Part shown: one piece after another, positions 55,401 to 64,000 of the stretch
Numbering within the stretch: the stretch's first letter is position 1
Layout of the letters: each line of letters opens with the position of its first letter
NCBI GenBank assembly: GCA_965243025.1
Contig: CBDETY010000003.1
Span: 4,224,001-4,288,000, forward strand
Source: Candidatus Latescibacterota bacterium
Lineage (GTDB): Bacteria; Latescibacterota; UBA2968; UBA8231
Reading direction: 5' to 3'
Length of the DNA: 64,000 nt
The notes under the pieces: model-generated
Told to the model about the DNA's origin: nothing
Database searches by the model: none
What the model saw: only the letters and a program-made list of their open reading frames with translations
Position numbers and translations under genes: made by a program

Positions 55401-56831
55401 GGGGGAGACCGTATATCGTTTTCGCCCGACGGTACAACGCTTGCTGCCACGACGTGGGACGGGGTCGAGCTGTTGGAAGTGGCAACACGCGAACGAACCG
55501 CCATCTTGCCGGTGGGTTCTGTCACTTCGGTGAAGTTCTCACCCGATAGGACCACACTGGCCTCAGGCCTCGGGGATGGCACGGTCACCCTGTGGGACAT
55601 CGCGACCCTGGGCAAGATTGCTACCCTGGAGGGTCATGCGGGGGCAGTTCGATCCCTGTCGTTTTCTCGCGACGGGAAAATCCTCGCCTCAGGTTCGGGT
55701 TTTAATTTTGGAGATGGCACGGTTTTGTTGTGGGATCTGCAGCTTCTGGAACCTCGGCCCCATACCCTGATCAAGGTCGCCGGCGACGAACAGGAAGGAC
55801 CGGCAGGTGGGGACCTGGCCGAACCGTTTGTGGTTTCGGTGCTCGATCAAAACGGCGACCCTCTTGCCGGTACGACGGTCACCTTCGCGGTCACGGCCGG
55901 TGAGGGAACCCTCTCGGCAACCGCCGACACCACCGATGAAAACGGCTTGGCTGCCGCCACTCTGACCCTGGGTAGCGGTCCCGGGGGAAACACCGTGGAT
56001 GTAACGGTGGCCGGGCTGAATCGGACGACCTTTACCGCTCTCGGGATTGCCATTCCCCGGACCCTGAGCAGGATTTCCGGCGACCAGCAGCAGGGAGCTC
56101 CCGGCACTACGCTGCCGGGCCCGTTCGTGGTTTCGGTGCTGGATCAAAACGGGACGGCACTTGCCGGGGTCGCCGTCACCTTCGCGGTCACAGCCGGGGA
56201 CGGGACCCTTTCCACAACTACCGCTACCACCGATGCCAACGGTAGCGCCTCAAGCATCCTGACCCTGGGCAACCTGCCGGGGGCAAGCACTGTCACCGTA
56301 TCGGTAGCCGGCCTCGAGCCGGTGACCTTCACTGCCACCGCCGAGGCCAGCCCCGACTTCGACGGAGACGGCGAAACCGGTTTCTCCGACTTCTTCCTGT
56401 TCGCCGACGCCTTCGGCAGCAGCGACCCCCGCTTCGACCTGGACGGCAGCGGCACCGTCGATTTCGGCGACTTCTTCCTTCTGGCCGACCATTTCGCGAA
56501 TCCGGCCCGGGGCAAGCTGCTGGCCCTAGCCCGGGAAATTATCGGCCTGCCCGAGGGATCCAAGCTGCAGCAGAACGTCCCCAACCCCTTCAACAGCCAG
56601 ACCGTCATCTCCTGGTTTCAGATTAAGCCCGGGCAGTCGCGCGTGGAGGTGTTCGCCCTGACCGGGCAGCGGGTGGCGGTGCTGTACCAGGGGCCGACGA
56701 AGGCGGGAGTCCATCAGGTGCACTGGAACGGCCGCGATGACAAGGGCCGTACCTTGGCCAGCGGCGTCTATCTGTACCGGCTGTCGACGAACGAGAGCCT
56801 ACAGACGCGCAAACTCACCTTGCTCCAGTGA
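52419..56831 (+). CDS. Secreted WD40-repeat protein with HExxH metallopeptidase-like, Ig-like and FlgD domains
   Basis: AHELGHTFGLEH, more than 12 FSPDG..LAS..LWD repeats, Big_1-like repeats, PNPFNSQT tail. Confidence 0.88.
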   Translation: MKKLILHTAFLVLPLSPPTAVDASLTGADSLHFCAPFDYEQWRRDHPRPGGKRLADLNVGEPRTVRMIYFLPNDRPFRQEVVDSIKVTIREVQNFFVDQMEVHGYGKRTFRIETDAQGEPLVHRVDGREPDSSYLDDTLGNVLDEIEQVFDLKANIYLVVIDNSANRIVDKATEITGVGVATRIQKTGGFALITAGFSFFTAAHELGHTFGLEHDFQNRKFIMSYGDPNQPILSPCHAEFLTVHPYFNLSVFIEAGESPVIELLSSPEYPAGSKSVAVRLKLQDAEGLHQVFLLAEARGPGYEVLACRNLAGKRDGEVVFEYDGYSPSHADWGKVTSLSDKKVHPMRVEAVDLSGNVGETLFQLSAEASPDEPRASTIEIIAGDHQQGAPGRTLENALVVEVKDQNGDLLSDETIQFGVTEGGARLSGRYLVENATTDANGRAELTLTLGSNPETIVVRVSAPEVPECQPVFFRATAVGVHVASLPGDAETWHLPDHAIARLGRGHIGEGDRAVSFSPNGQHVAVASGIGVWLYDLAASRAIALFPTRSPVHSVAFSPEGNRLASSREGGIDLWDVATGTRSAELIGHNTLGFYVDVTAVAFSPDGTRLASGSIDQVVKLWDVATGGDIYTWEFEPSVSDFITVAFSPDDAMLAVGLQDGSVRLLDVATHEVSATLFGHRLGVRSVAFSRDGRTLATSSDDGVVRLWDMARRETVMDLTGHGGPVTSVSFSRDGNTLASASNDSDVKLWDVGTGTSVATLAGGHTSWATSVSFSPEGTTVASGSTEDGSILLWDVATRNAAAIPGLHVDVGSSVSFSPDGKILASSSEDGTPKIWDAETGRLIRSFGLRPWGIQAVAFSPDSTTLAAGSLDNTIDLWNVVTGARIASFKRGQGQILSLAFSPDGKRLAAGDPQGIALWDVATVSAASATLRDVVFGDMATDHYISTPLGYAWVWSLAFSVDGKTLASCSSDGTVTLWDASTLTHLATLGGDRSFGGDRISFSPDGTTLAATTWDGVELLEVATRERTAILPVGSVTSVKFSPDRTTLASGLGDGTVTLWDIATLGKIATLEGHAGAVRSLSFSRDGKILASGSGFNFGDGTVLLWDLQLLEPRPHTLIKVAGDEQEGPAGGDLAEPFVVSVLDQNGDPLAGTTVTFAVTAGEGTLSATADTTDENGLAAATLTLGSGPGGNTVDVTVAGLNRTTFTALGIAIPRTLSRISGDQQQGAPGTTLPGPFVVSVLDQNGTALAGVAVTFAVTAGDGTLSTTTATTDANGSASSILTLGNLPGASTVTVSVAGLEPVTFTATAEASPDFDGDGETGFSDFFLFADAFGSSDPRFDLDGSGTVDFGDFFLLADHFANPARGKLLALAREIIGLPEGSKLQQNVPNPFNSQTVISWFQIKPGQSRVEVFALTGQRVAVLYQGPTKAGVHQVHWNGRDDKGRTLASGVYLYRLSTNESLQTRKLTLLQ

Positions 56832-57464
56832 CCCTTGCCTACGTCCTGAACTGAAATATCCTCCCCTTCCCCAAGGGGGTGTGCAAGGCACCGAGAGGAT
56901 CCCTCGTAGCGTAATCCGGCAAAGACCACGCCAGGGCCCACTCACGGCCTGCCGATTTCGCCAGCTTTCGGGATACCCTCCCCTCGTAGTACCGTAGCGC
57001 CACCTCGACCGTTCCCGAATCGCCCGTATCCCCGACGTAGCCGGGGCCTCCGAAGCGCCTCCTTCCCGATATCCGAATCCCGCTTCTTCTCCCCCTCGGT
57101 CTCGTAGCACCGACTCCGTTCCCCCGATTGCCGGGGACCGCTGCTCACCGGCTCCCCTTCCTGCACCCCCCTTCCCCCTCTCCACCCCCTCCCCCGCTCC
57201 CAGAAAACCAAAGTTTCCCGCCGCCCTTACGGGTGTTTTCGAACGCACTTGGAAGCCCGCTTTACTTTTTTATTTTCCCGATACATTAATCAATAGAGCG
57301 GGGACGCCGGCAGCATCCGCTGCCACCTCCCCCAGTTCCCTTCTGTCGGTGAGTACCGACAGATCACATCCCACCGAAAGGAATCCCATGGGAGCGTGAA
57401 TCACACTATTTGTTGAGGGCCGCTGGTCTCAAGTACGGTATTCCGCGGTCCGAAGGTAATCGGA

Positions 57465-58481
57465 GTGAAAAATGGTAAAAGCATCTCGTTAATCGATTTA
57501 TTCAGGATGTTTCCAGATGATGCAGCAGCAGAAAAATGGTTCGAAGAAGAAAGATGGGGGAAGATGGTAGACGGCCGGCCCGAATCCATATACTGCCCGC
57601 ACTGCGGATGCTGCGACAGGATAACCCCGTGTCGCAACCGCGCCCACATGCCCTTCTGGTGCGGCGACTGTCGAAACCACTTCAGCGTCCGCACCGGAAC
57701 GGTGATGTCCCACTCCAAGGTCCCCTTGCAGAAATGGGCCATCGGCGTCCACCTGTACGAATCCAGACCGAAGGGAATCAGCGCCAGGCAGCTTGCGAGC
57801 GACCTCGACCTGGCGTATTCGTCGGCCTTGTTCATGCTGCACCGCCTCCGGGAAGCCTGGCCGGTTCCCGAACCGCTGCGCAGCGGGATGGCCGAGATAG
57901 ACCAAGCCTATTTCGCCGGAGACGATAAGAACAGGCACGGCAACAGGAAGTTTCGCCGGAAATGGAGGTATGGCACTACCACCGTGAACGGAGTGCGCTG
58001 CCGCGAAACCGGCGACGTGGGCACCAAGGTGGTCCCTGACGTGACCCGCGAGACCGTGTTCGCCTGCGCAGAGGAACACGTAGGCCAGGGGGGCGCCCTT
58101 TTCAGCGACAATGCCCCGACCTTTCGCGATGGTTTCGGATGGCCGGGAAGACACGAAACCGTCAACCACAAGGATGAATACGTCAGAGGGGAGGTCCATA
58201 CGAACGGCATTGAATCGTTCTGGGCCAAGGCGAAGCGAACGATATACGGGACCCACCACCACGTGTCTCCCAAGTATCTGCCCCGATACCTCAAGGAGAT
58301 CACAGGCAAGCACAACATCCGCAACCTGGACCCCGAGGAGCGGATAAGGTATCTGACGGCGCGGATGATGAGGAAACGGCTGACCTACCGGGATCTGCTG
58401 GCGACGGAGGTTCCTCCGAAACCCTACACTCATCACCGGTCGAAGGAAAGGGCGAAGCTGTTCGGATGGCCAGGAAGATGA
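57465..58481 (+). CDS. IS1595-family transposase (right arm)
   Basis: EIDQ / FSDN / HTNGIESFW; C-terminal third near-identical to 11433-12437. Confidence 0.92.
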   Translation: MKNGKSISLIDLFRMFPDDAAAEKWFEEERWGKMVDGRPESIYCPHCGCCDRITPCRNRAHMPFWCGDCRNHFSVRTGTVMSHSKVPLQKWAIGVHLYESRPKGISARQLASDLDLAYSSALFMLHRLREAWPVPEPLRSGMAEIDQAYFAGDDKNRHGNRKFRRKWRYGTTTVNGVRCRETGDVGTKVVPDVTRETVFACAEEHVGQGGALFSDNAPTFRDGFGWPGRHETVNHKDEYVRGEVHTNGIESFWAKAKRTIYGTHHHVSPKYLPRYLKEITGKHNIRNLDPEERIRYLTARMMRKRLTYRDLLATEVPPKPYTHHRSKERAKLFGWPGR

Positions 58482-58569
58482 AAACCGCTGCCCGTTGCCT
58501 CCGGTCCGAACTGAGTCTGTGGATGGTAAGCGGGAACTCTTCTCGTATGGTCAGCAAGGCGACATCCCG

Positions 58570-59179
58570 CTGCTTGCCATCTTGTCGACCAAACGGGATG
58601 ACTTCCTCCTCACCTCGGCGACGACGGCTTTGCAGACCCGGGGCATTCGCGCATCCTCTCCTCCATCAGAAAGCGGCCTTTCGATCCACGGTGCCGACTT
58701 CAGGGGGAGGTACCTGCGAGTCCGGATAGATCGCAGGATGCAGACTGCCTGACTTTGAGAACGCCATGATATGCCGCTGCCAGTCCCCGACTCAGATCAG
58801 GCAAGAGTCCCGGTTCCCTCCTCGATCCGAGTGGCCTTCCCGATCCGGAATCAGATCCAGCTTGCCCCTTGCCATCTTGTCGACCAAACGGAATGATCCT
58901 TCTCACCTCAACGACGGCTTTGTAGACCCAGGGGGCTCGCGCATCCACTCCTCGATCAGAGTGGGGGTCGATCCATGGTGCCAATCTGGCAGGCTTCTCC
59001 GGTCAGCATGCAATCATGTGGAATTGCCAGCCAGTCGACATCCCCCATCTCCCGGCTATTACAGTGGGACGAAGGATGTCCGTTTCTCTGCAATTTCTCT
59101 ACTATATTATACCAGATTTTCTTTAATTTCGCGGGTGAGATCACTAAAATTCCCTTGCGCAGTTATCTAGATAATTCCC
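58570..59179 (-). repeat. Right terminal inverted repeat (610 bp)
   Basis: Ends AGTTATCTAGATAATTCCC; followed by the TSD at 59180-59187. Confidence 0.93.
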
Positions 59180-60775
59180 CGACGCGAAGGCTGGCTGATG
59201 CGACGCCTGGTGCCGGCGTACCGGCCCATGGTCGCCGGTTTCGTCGCCCACCGCTTCCGGGCCCTGGGTTCGGCCGGCATCCTTCTGCTCATCGGGCTGG
59301 CGGTCTTCCCGCGCCTCGGGTCGGAGTTCACCCCGGCCCTGCAGGAGGGGACCATGGTCCTGAGACTGACCATGGCTCCGTCGATCTCCCTCGAGGAGAG
59401 CACCCGCATCACCATGCTGGTGGAGCGCCGTCTGCTGAAAATCCCGGAAATCGCCGGGGCTGTCTCGCGAATCGGCCGCGGCGAGGTCGGCGCCCATACC
59501 GATCCGATCAACAGCGCCGAGATGTTCCTCCTGCTCGAGCCGAAGGACCAGTGGCGCCAGGCCGACGACCAGGAAGAGCTTCAGGAGACCATTCGCGCCG
59601 AGCTGGGGGAGATACCCGGTGTGCTGACCAACTTCACGCAGCCGATCGCCATGACGGTGGACGAGCTGCTCGAAGGGGTGCGGGCGGAGCTGGCCATCAA
59701 GCTCTTCGGGGACGACCTCGACCTGCTGAAACAGAAGGCGGACGAAATCGCCCGGGTGGTCGACACGGTTTCCGGGGCCGCCGACGTCCAGGTGGACCAG
59801 GTAGGCGGGGCCCCCCAGCTGCTGATCAGGGTCGACCGCCGGGCCATCGCCCGTTACGGCGTCAACGTAGCCGATGTTCAGGAAGTGGTTGAGGCGGCCG
59901 TCGGCGGTGAGATGGTCGGGCAGGTGTTCGAGGGGATTCGCCGCTTCGACATCCTGGTGCGTTTCGCCCCCCGATTCCGCAGCAGTCCGGAGGCCATCGC
60001 CCGGATCCTGGTCCAGTCCCCCATGGGCGTCCAGATTCCCCTGGTTCAGCTGGCCCGGATCGAAGAGGTGGTCGGACCGCGCCAGATCACCCGGGAAAAG
60101 AGCCAGCGCTTCATCACCGTCCAGTGCAACGTCACCGACCGGGATATCGGCTCCTTCGTCGAGGAGGCCCGGGAGGCGATAGATGGCCGGGTGGCGCTGC
60201 CGCCGGGCTACCTCGTGACGTGGGGGGGCCAGTTCCGACTGCAGCAGGAAGCCAACAAGCGGCTGGCGATAGTCGTGCCGATCACCCTCTTCGCCATCTT
60301 CCTGCTCCTGTTCTCCAGCTTCAACTCGCTGAAAAACGCGATTCTCGTCCTGCTCAACATTCCCCTCGCCCTCGTCGGCGGGGTGGTCGCCCTGTGGATT
60401 ACCGGACAGAACCTGTCCGTGCCCGCCTCGGTCGGCTTCATCGCCCTGTTCGGGATCGCCCTGGGAAACAGCATGGTGATGGTGACCTGCTTCAACCAGC
60501 TCGTCCGCGAGGGAGTCGACCTGGACGAAGCCTCGGTTCAGGGCGCATGCCTGCGGGTGCGGCCGGTGCTGATGACCGCCCTGACGACCGCCCTGGGGCT
60601 GCTTCCGCTGCTGTTTTCAAGCGGGACGGGCAGCGAAGTACAACGGCCGCTTGCCACGGTAGTCGTCGGCGGCCTCGTCAGCTCGACCGTGCTGACCCTG
60701 CTGGTTCTGCCGGCGCTCTACAAGTGGTTCGCCGTGCAGTTCAACCACGGAGAAGAGGAAAGTTCATTTGGCTGA
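59180..60775 (+). pseudogene. czcA: CusA/CzcA RND transporter, 3' half
   Basis: LGSEFTPALQEG, RVRPVLMTAL, GSEVQRPLATVVVGG; joins the 5' half as ..GAPRREGWLMRRLV.. Confidence 0.93.
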
Positions 60776-61020
60776 TACGGAAAAAACGCTCCAAAAAGCG
60801 CCAGAAGGCTCAGTCGAGGAGGATGCAGGGGAGTATCGGCAAATTAACCAGGCTTCCTTTTCAGGCCCGGCCCCGGGGGCTGTTTCAAGCCGGTCGCAGT
60901 TGTGCCCATTTTCTTGACTTGCCTGTGACCCTTGGCTTAGGATTGCCGCATCCTGCCACGAGTTTCCCCGCATCGTCCCAATGCCCGGGAGGCTGTTGAG
61001 TGATATTTGAACCCCTGACA

Positions 61021-63324
61021 ATGGTGACCGGGTTTTTCGATTTCCTGTGGTCATCCTTCCTGCTGCTGGCCCCCATGCTGTTGCTCGGGCTTTTCCTTTC
61101 CGGCCTGATTCACGTTTTCATCTCCCGCCAGGCCATTCTGCGGTGGCTCCGTGACGACAGCCTGAAATCCGTTGCCACGAGCTCGGCCATAGGCGTACCG
61201 GTTCCCCTTTGCAGCTGTTCGGTCGTTCCAGTGGTAGCCGAAATGCGCAGGAAGGGCGCCTCCCGCTCCTCCTGCATGTCCTTCCTGATAACCGCGCCTG
61301 AAACCGGCGCGGACTCGATCCTGGTCACCAACGCTTTCTTCGGCTTCATCGCCGCCGTCGTCCGGCCCGTCATCAGCTTCATCACGGCTGTCGTCGCCGG
61401 CATCTTCTGTATCGGCCTCATCAGAAACGGCGACGATGCGGCGGCGAGCCACCATGATCACGATCACGACCACGACCATGGGCACGACCACGATCACGAC
61501 CACGACCATGGACACGACCACGATCACGACCACGACCATGGACACGAGCCGCTGATTTCCGAAAGCGACGACTGCTACGTCAGCCCCACGCACCTGAAGG
61601 CGATGTTCTCCCACTGGGTACGGGAGACCGCGGCGGCGGCCGGCCGATGGAGATTCGGTTCGTGGGTAAAACCGGACTTTTACCGCCAATCACTCCGCGA
61701 GAAGCAATCGCCGGATGAGGCTCCTTCAGGCCGGCCGGCGGGGTACCAGGAGCTCGACTTCAAGAAGCTGGTCAAGCACATATTCAGCTACGGCTTCGTC
61801 GAGATCGCCGACGACATCCTTTTTGCCTTGCTGGTGGGGGTCGCCCTTGGAGGAGTGCTCTTCCTTGCCATCCCGACCGACCTGATGTCCCACGAGTATG
61901 CCCGCTGGTTGTCCTACCCGGTCATGGTACTGGTCGGGATTCCCCTTTATATCTGCGCCTCCGCGAGCACCCCGATAGCGGCGGCCCTGGTCGCAAGGGG
62001 ATTCAGCCCCGGTGCGGCGCTGATCTTCCTGATGACCGGACCGGCGACCAACACCGGCACCATCGCCATCATCGTCAGCCAGTTCGGGGCCCGTTTCGCC
62101 TCGATCTACGTCGCCTCGGTCATCGTGGTCACCGCCATCCTCGGCATAGCCATCGACGCCCTGCTTCTCGCCACCGGCCTGACGATCTCGGTAAACCTCG
62201 GTGCCTCGGAATCGCCGACCCTCCAGTTCCTCCAGTGGGGGGGCGCTTTCCTCCTGATCGCCCTGATCGTCTGGCGCTTCCGGGCGGGGGCCTTGAAGAG
62301 CGGCTGGGAGGACCTGATGCTCAATATCCGTCCCCTCTCGAGTCGCTGGTGGCAGGTGTGGGGGGGGATGACCCGCAGCCGCTCCTTCCGGGGTCTCATC
62401 TCTCCGGCGGCCCCGATGGGCCTGATTCTCTGGGCCCTGCTCTTCGTCATGTTCATCGGCAGCGGGTTCACGATGGTTCCTCCCGGCCACGTCGGCTACG
62501 GCCGCCTGTTGGGCGAAGTCTACTGGCGCGACCTGCAGCCCGGGCTGCACTACCTCGCCCCCCGGCCTTTCGTCCAGGTCGACAAGTGGCCGGTGCGGGA
62601 GGTGAAGTCCATCATGGGCGACACACCCGGCGATTATGTGTCAGGGGATCTCAACCTTCTTTCCCTGACCGTAAACGTGCAGTACAGCGTCAAGGATCCC
62701 TACCGCTACCACTACCGGACAACGGACCCGCAAAAGATCATCTCGGACGTCGTCAAGGGTCACATCCGTGCCTTCGTGTCGGCCCGGGATCTCGAGCAAC
62801 TGCTCAACGTCCACCGCGTCACCCTGGAAGAGCATATCACCGAGTCGTTCGACCACGACGTCCACCTGTCGAACCAGGTGCTCAAAACCGTCGACCTGAT
62901 CAAGGTCAACCTGTTGGACATCAGTCCCGTGGCCGAAACCCTCAGCGCCTTCAGGGACGTGTCGAGCGCCCAGGAGGACCGGGAGCGGATCATCGTCAAC
63001 GCCCAGCGTTTCCTGGTGGAGCTCACCCCCCAGGCGCACGGCAACGCCGCCTGGGAAGTGGAGCAGGCCGACGGGGAAGCCTACCGGAAGGTGGCGACGG
63101 CAGCGGCCGAATCCGAGGCGATCTCGATGGTCTCGGCGGCCGTGCGCCAGGCCCCAGGCGTCCTGCGCAACATGCTGTGGCGGGAAAAGCTCGAGACGGC
63201 GTTGTCGGGCAATCCCAAAATCATCGTACCCAACAGAAAGAGCCTGGACAAGGTTGCGCTGTGGAAGCGGAATCAGACCGCGGCCGGCAACGGGGCGGAA
63301 CATCACCAGGGGAAAAAGCAATGA
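61021..63324 (+). CDS. His-rich metal permease (SO_0444/DUF318-like) fused to an HflK-like SPFH domain
   Basis: PLCSCSVVP, YICASASTP, GPATN; C-terminal PGLHY..AFRDVSSAQEDRER; alternative GTG start at 61000. Confidence 0.82.
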   Translation: MVTGFFDFLWSSFLLLAPMLLLGLFLSGLIHVFISRQAILRWLRDDSLKSVATSSAIGVPVPLCSCSVVPVVAEMRRKGASRSSCMSFLITAPETGADSILVTNAFFGFIAAVVRPVISFITAVVAGIFCIGLIRNGDDAAASHHDHDHDHDHGHDHDHDHDHGHDHDHDHDHGHEPLISESDDCYVSPTHLKAMFSHWVRETAAAAGRWRFGSWVKPDFYRQSLREKQSPDEAPSGRPAGYQELDFKKLVKHIFSYGFVEIADDILFALLVGVALGGVLFLAIPTDLMSHEYARWLSYPVMVLVGIPLYICASASTPIAAALVARGFSPGAALIFLMTGPATNTGTIAIIVSQFGARFASIYVASVIVVTAILGIAIDALLLATGLTISVNLGASESPTLQFLQWGGAFLLIALIVWRFRAGALKSGWEDLMLNIRPLSSRWWQVWGGMTRSRSFRGLISPAAPMGLILWALLFVMFIGSGFTMVPPGHVGYGRLLGEVYWRDLQPGLHYLAPRPFVQVDKWPVREVKSIMGDTPGDYVSGDLNLLSLTVNVQYSVKDPYRYHYRTTDPQKIISDVVKGHIRAFVSARDLEQLLNVHRVTLEEHITESFDHDVHLSNQVLKTVDLIKVNLLDISPVAETLSAFRDVSSAQEDRERIIVNAQRFLVELTPQAHGNAAWEVEQADGEAYRKVATAAAESEAISMVSAAVRQAPGVLRNMLWREKLETALSGNPKIIVPNRKSLDKVALWKRNQTAAGNGAEHHQGKKQ
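61451..61545 (+). repeat. (His-Asp)n coding repeat, 30-bp units
   Basis: HHDHDHDHDHGHDHDHDHDHGHDHDHDHDHGH. Confidence 0.85.
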
Positions 63325-64000
63325 AGTTGAAGGGAACCACGATCAAGGCAGTCATTGCCGTAGTCCTCGGCGCTGTCGTCTACGACAGCTTCTACATCAT
63401 CAACGAAACCCAACAGGGGGTGCTGACCCACTTCGGGAAGATATCGCCGCCCGTCAGGCAGCCCGGATTCCACCTGAAGTGGCCCCGCCCCATATCGAAA
63501 ATCTACAAGGTCGACCGCCGCATTCACACGCTCACCGGGATACCCCATGAGCTGATAACCGAAGACCAGAAGAGCATCCTCGTCGACGGCTACCTGCTGT
63601 GGCGCACGGAAGACCCGATTCTCTTCGTCGAGGCGATCCGCACCGGTCAGAACGCGGTCGAGCGGCTGCAGGATCTGTACCTGTCGAGCAGCGGCATCAT
63701 CATCAGCAACAAGTCTTTGGACGCATTCATCGGCCTGGGGCTGGAACACGAGGACCTCAACGAGGCCTCCCGTGAGATTCTCGCCAGAATCGCGCCGATT
63801 GCAGAGGAGAGCTACGGAATCGAGGTGATCGAGGCGGGAATCGTCGAGTACACCCTCCCTGTGGAGAACCGGCCGAGCGTCATTCAGCGCATGATCGCCG
63901 AGCGCGCCCGCATCGCCGCCCGCTACCGCAGCGAAGGGGAAGAGCGGGCCCTGCGCATCGAGGCCCTGGCAATCAACGAACACGAGAAGCTGATCGCCGA
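63321..64000 (+). CDS. hflC: HflC-like SPFH protein (partial)
   Basis: ATGA overlap; SFYIINETQQGVLTHFG..PGFHLKWP..RMIAERARIAARYRSEGEE. Confidence 0.85.
   Translation, partial: MKLKGTTIKAVIAVVLGAVVYDSFYIINETQQGVLTHFGKISPPVRQPGFHLKWPRPISKIYKVDRRIHTLTGIPHELITEDQKSILVDGYLLWRTEDPILFVEAIRTGQNAVERLQDLYLSSSGIIISNKSLDAFIGLGLEHEDLNEASREILARIAPIAEESYGIEVIEAGIVEYTLPVENRPSVIQRMIAERARIAARYRSEGEERALRIEALAINEHEKLIA

Larger units (their letters stand above)
10635..59179. mobile_element. 48.5-kb IS1595-family-ended transposon inserted in czcA
   Basis: 610-bp terminal inverted repeats, 8-bp TSD, IS1595 transposases in both arms, czcA frame restored on removal. Confidence 0.92.

Overview
GC-rich bacterial chromosome segment. 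The secreted proteins with FlgD-like 'PNPFN' tails suggest a Latescibacterota/Gemmatimonadota-like host (inference). The backbone is a pyruvate dehydrogenase operon (aceE-aceF-lpdA), a czcCBA-type heavy-metal RND efflux operon, a His-rich permease-HflK fusion and hflC. czcA is split by one 48.5-kb insertion (10635-59179). The insertion has 610-bp terminal inverted repeats starting GGGAATTAT and an 8-bp target duplication (CGACGCGA); removing it restores the czcA frame. Each arm carries an outward-facing IS1595-family transposase preceded by a conserved, apparently structured ~190-nt leader, and I found no inner IS ends. Cargo: a 3057-aa fibronectin-III surface protein; an adaptation-less type I-G (I-U) CRISPR-Cas locus (csb1, csb2, cas3, cas8u2-like); RHH/XRE/Zn-finger regulators; RadC; a SWIB-DnaJ fusion; a frameshifted HEPN-like gene; LRR, WD40 and CARDB secreted proteins; and IS21, IS630 and ISAzo13 debris. 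The Cas3 has a degenerate DExH motif, and the 3-repeat mini-array has two related spacers that both carry the reverse complement of an A-tract plus TTGACA (sigma70 -35). The best candidate for a new system is this giant IS1595-ended transposon carrying a probably promoter-targeting (regulatory) I-G Cascade. All calls come from manual reading; no searches were run.
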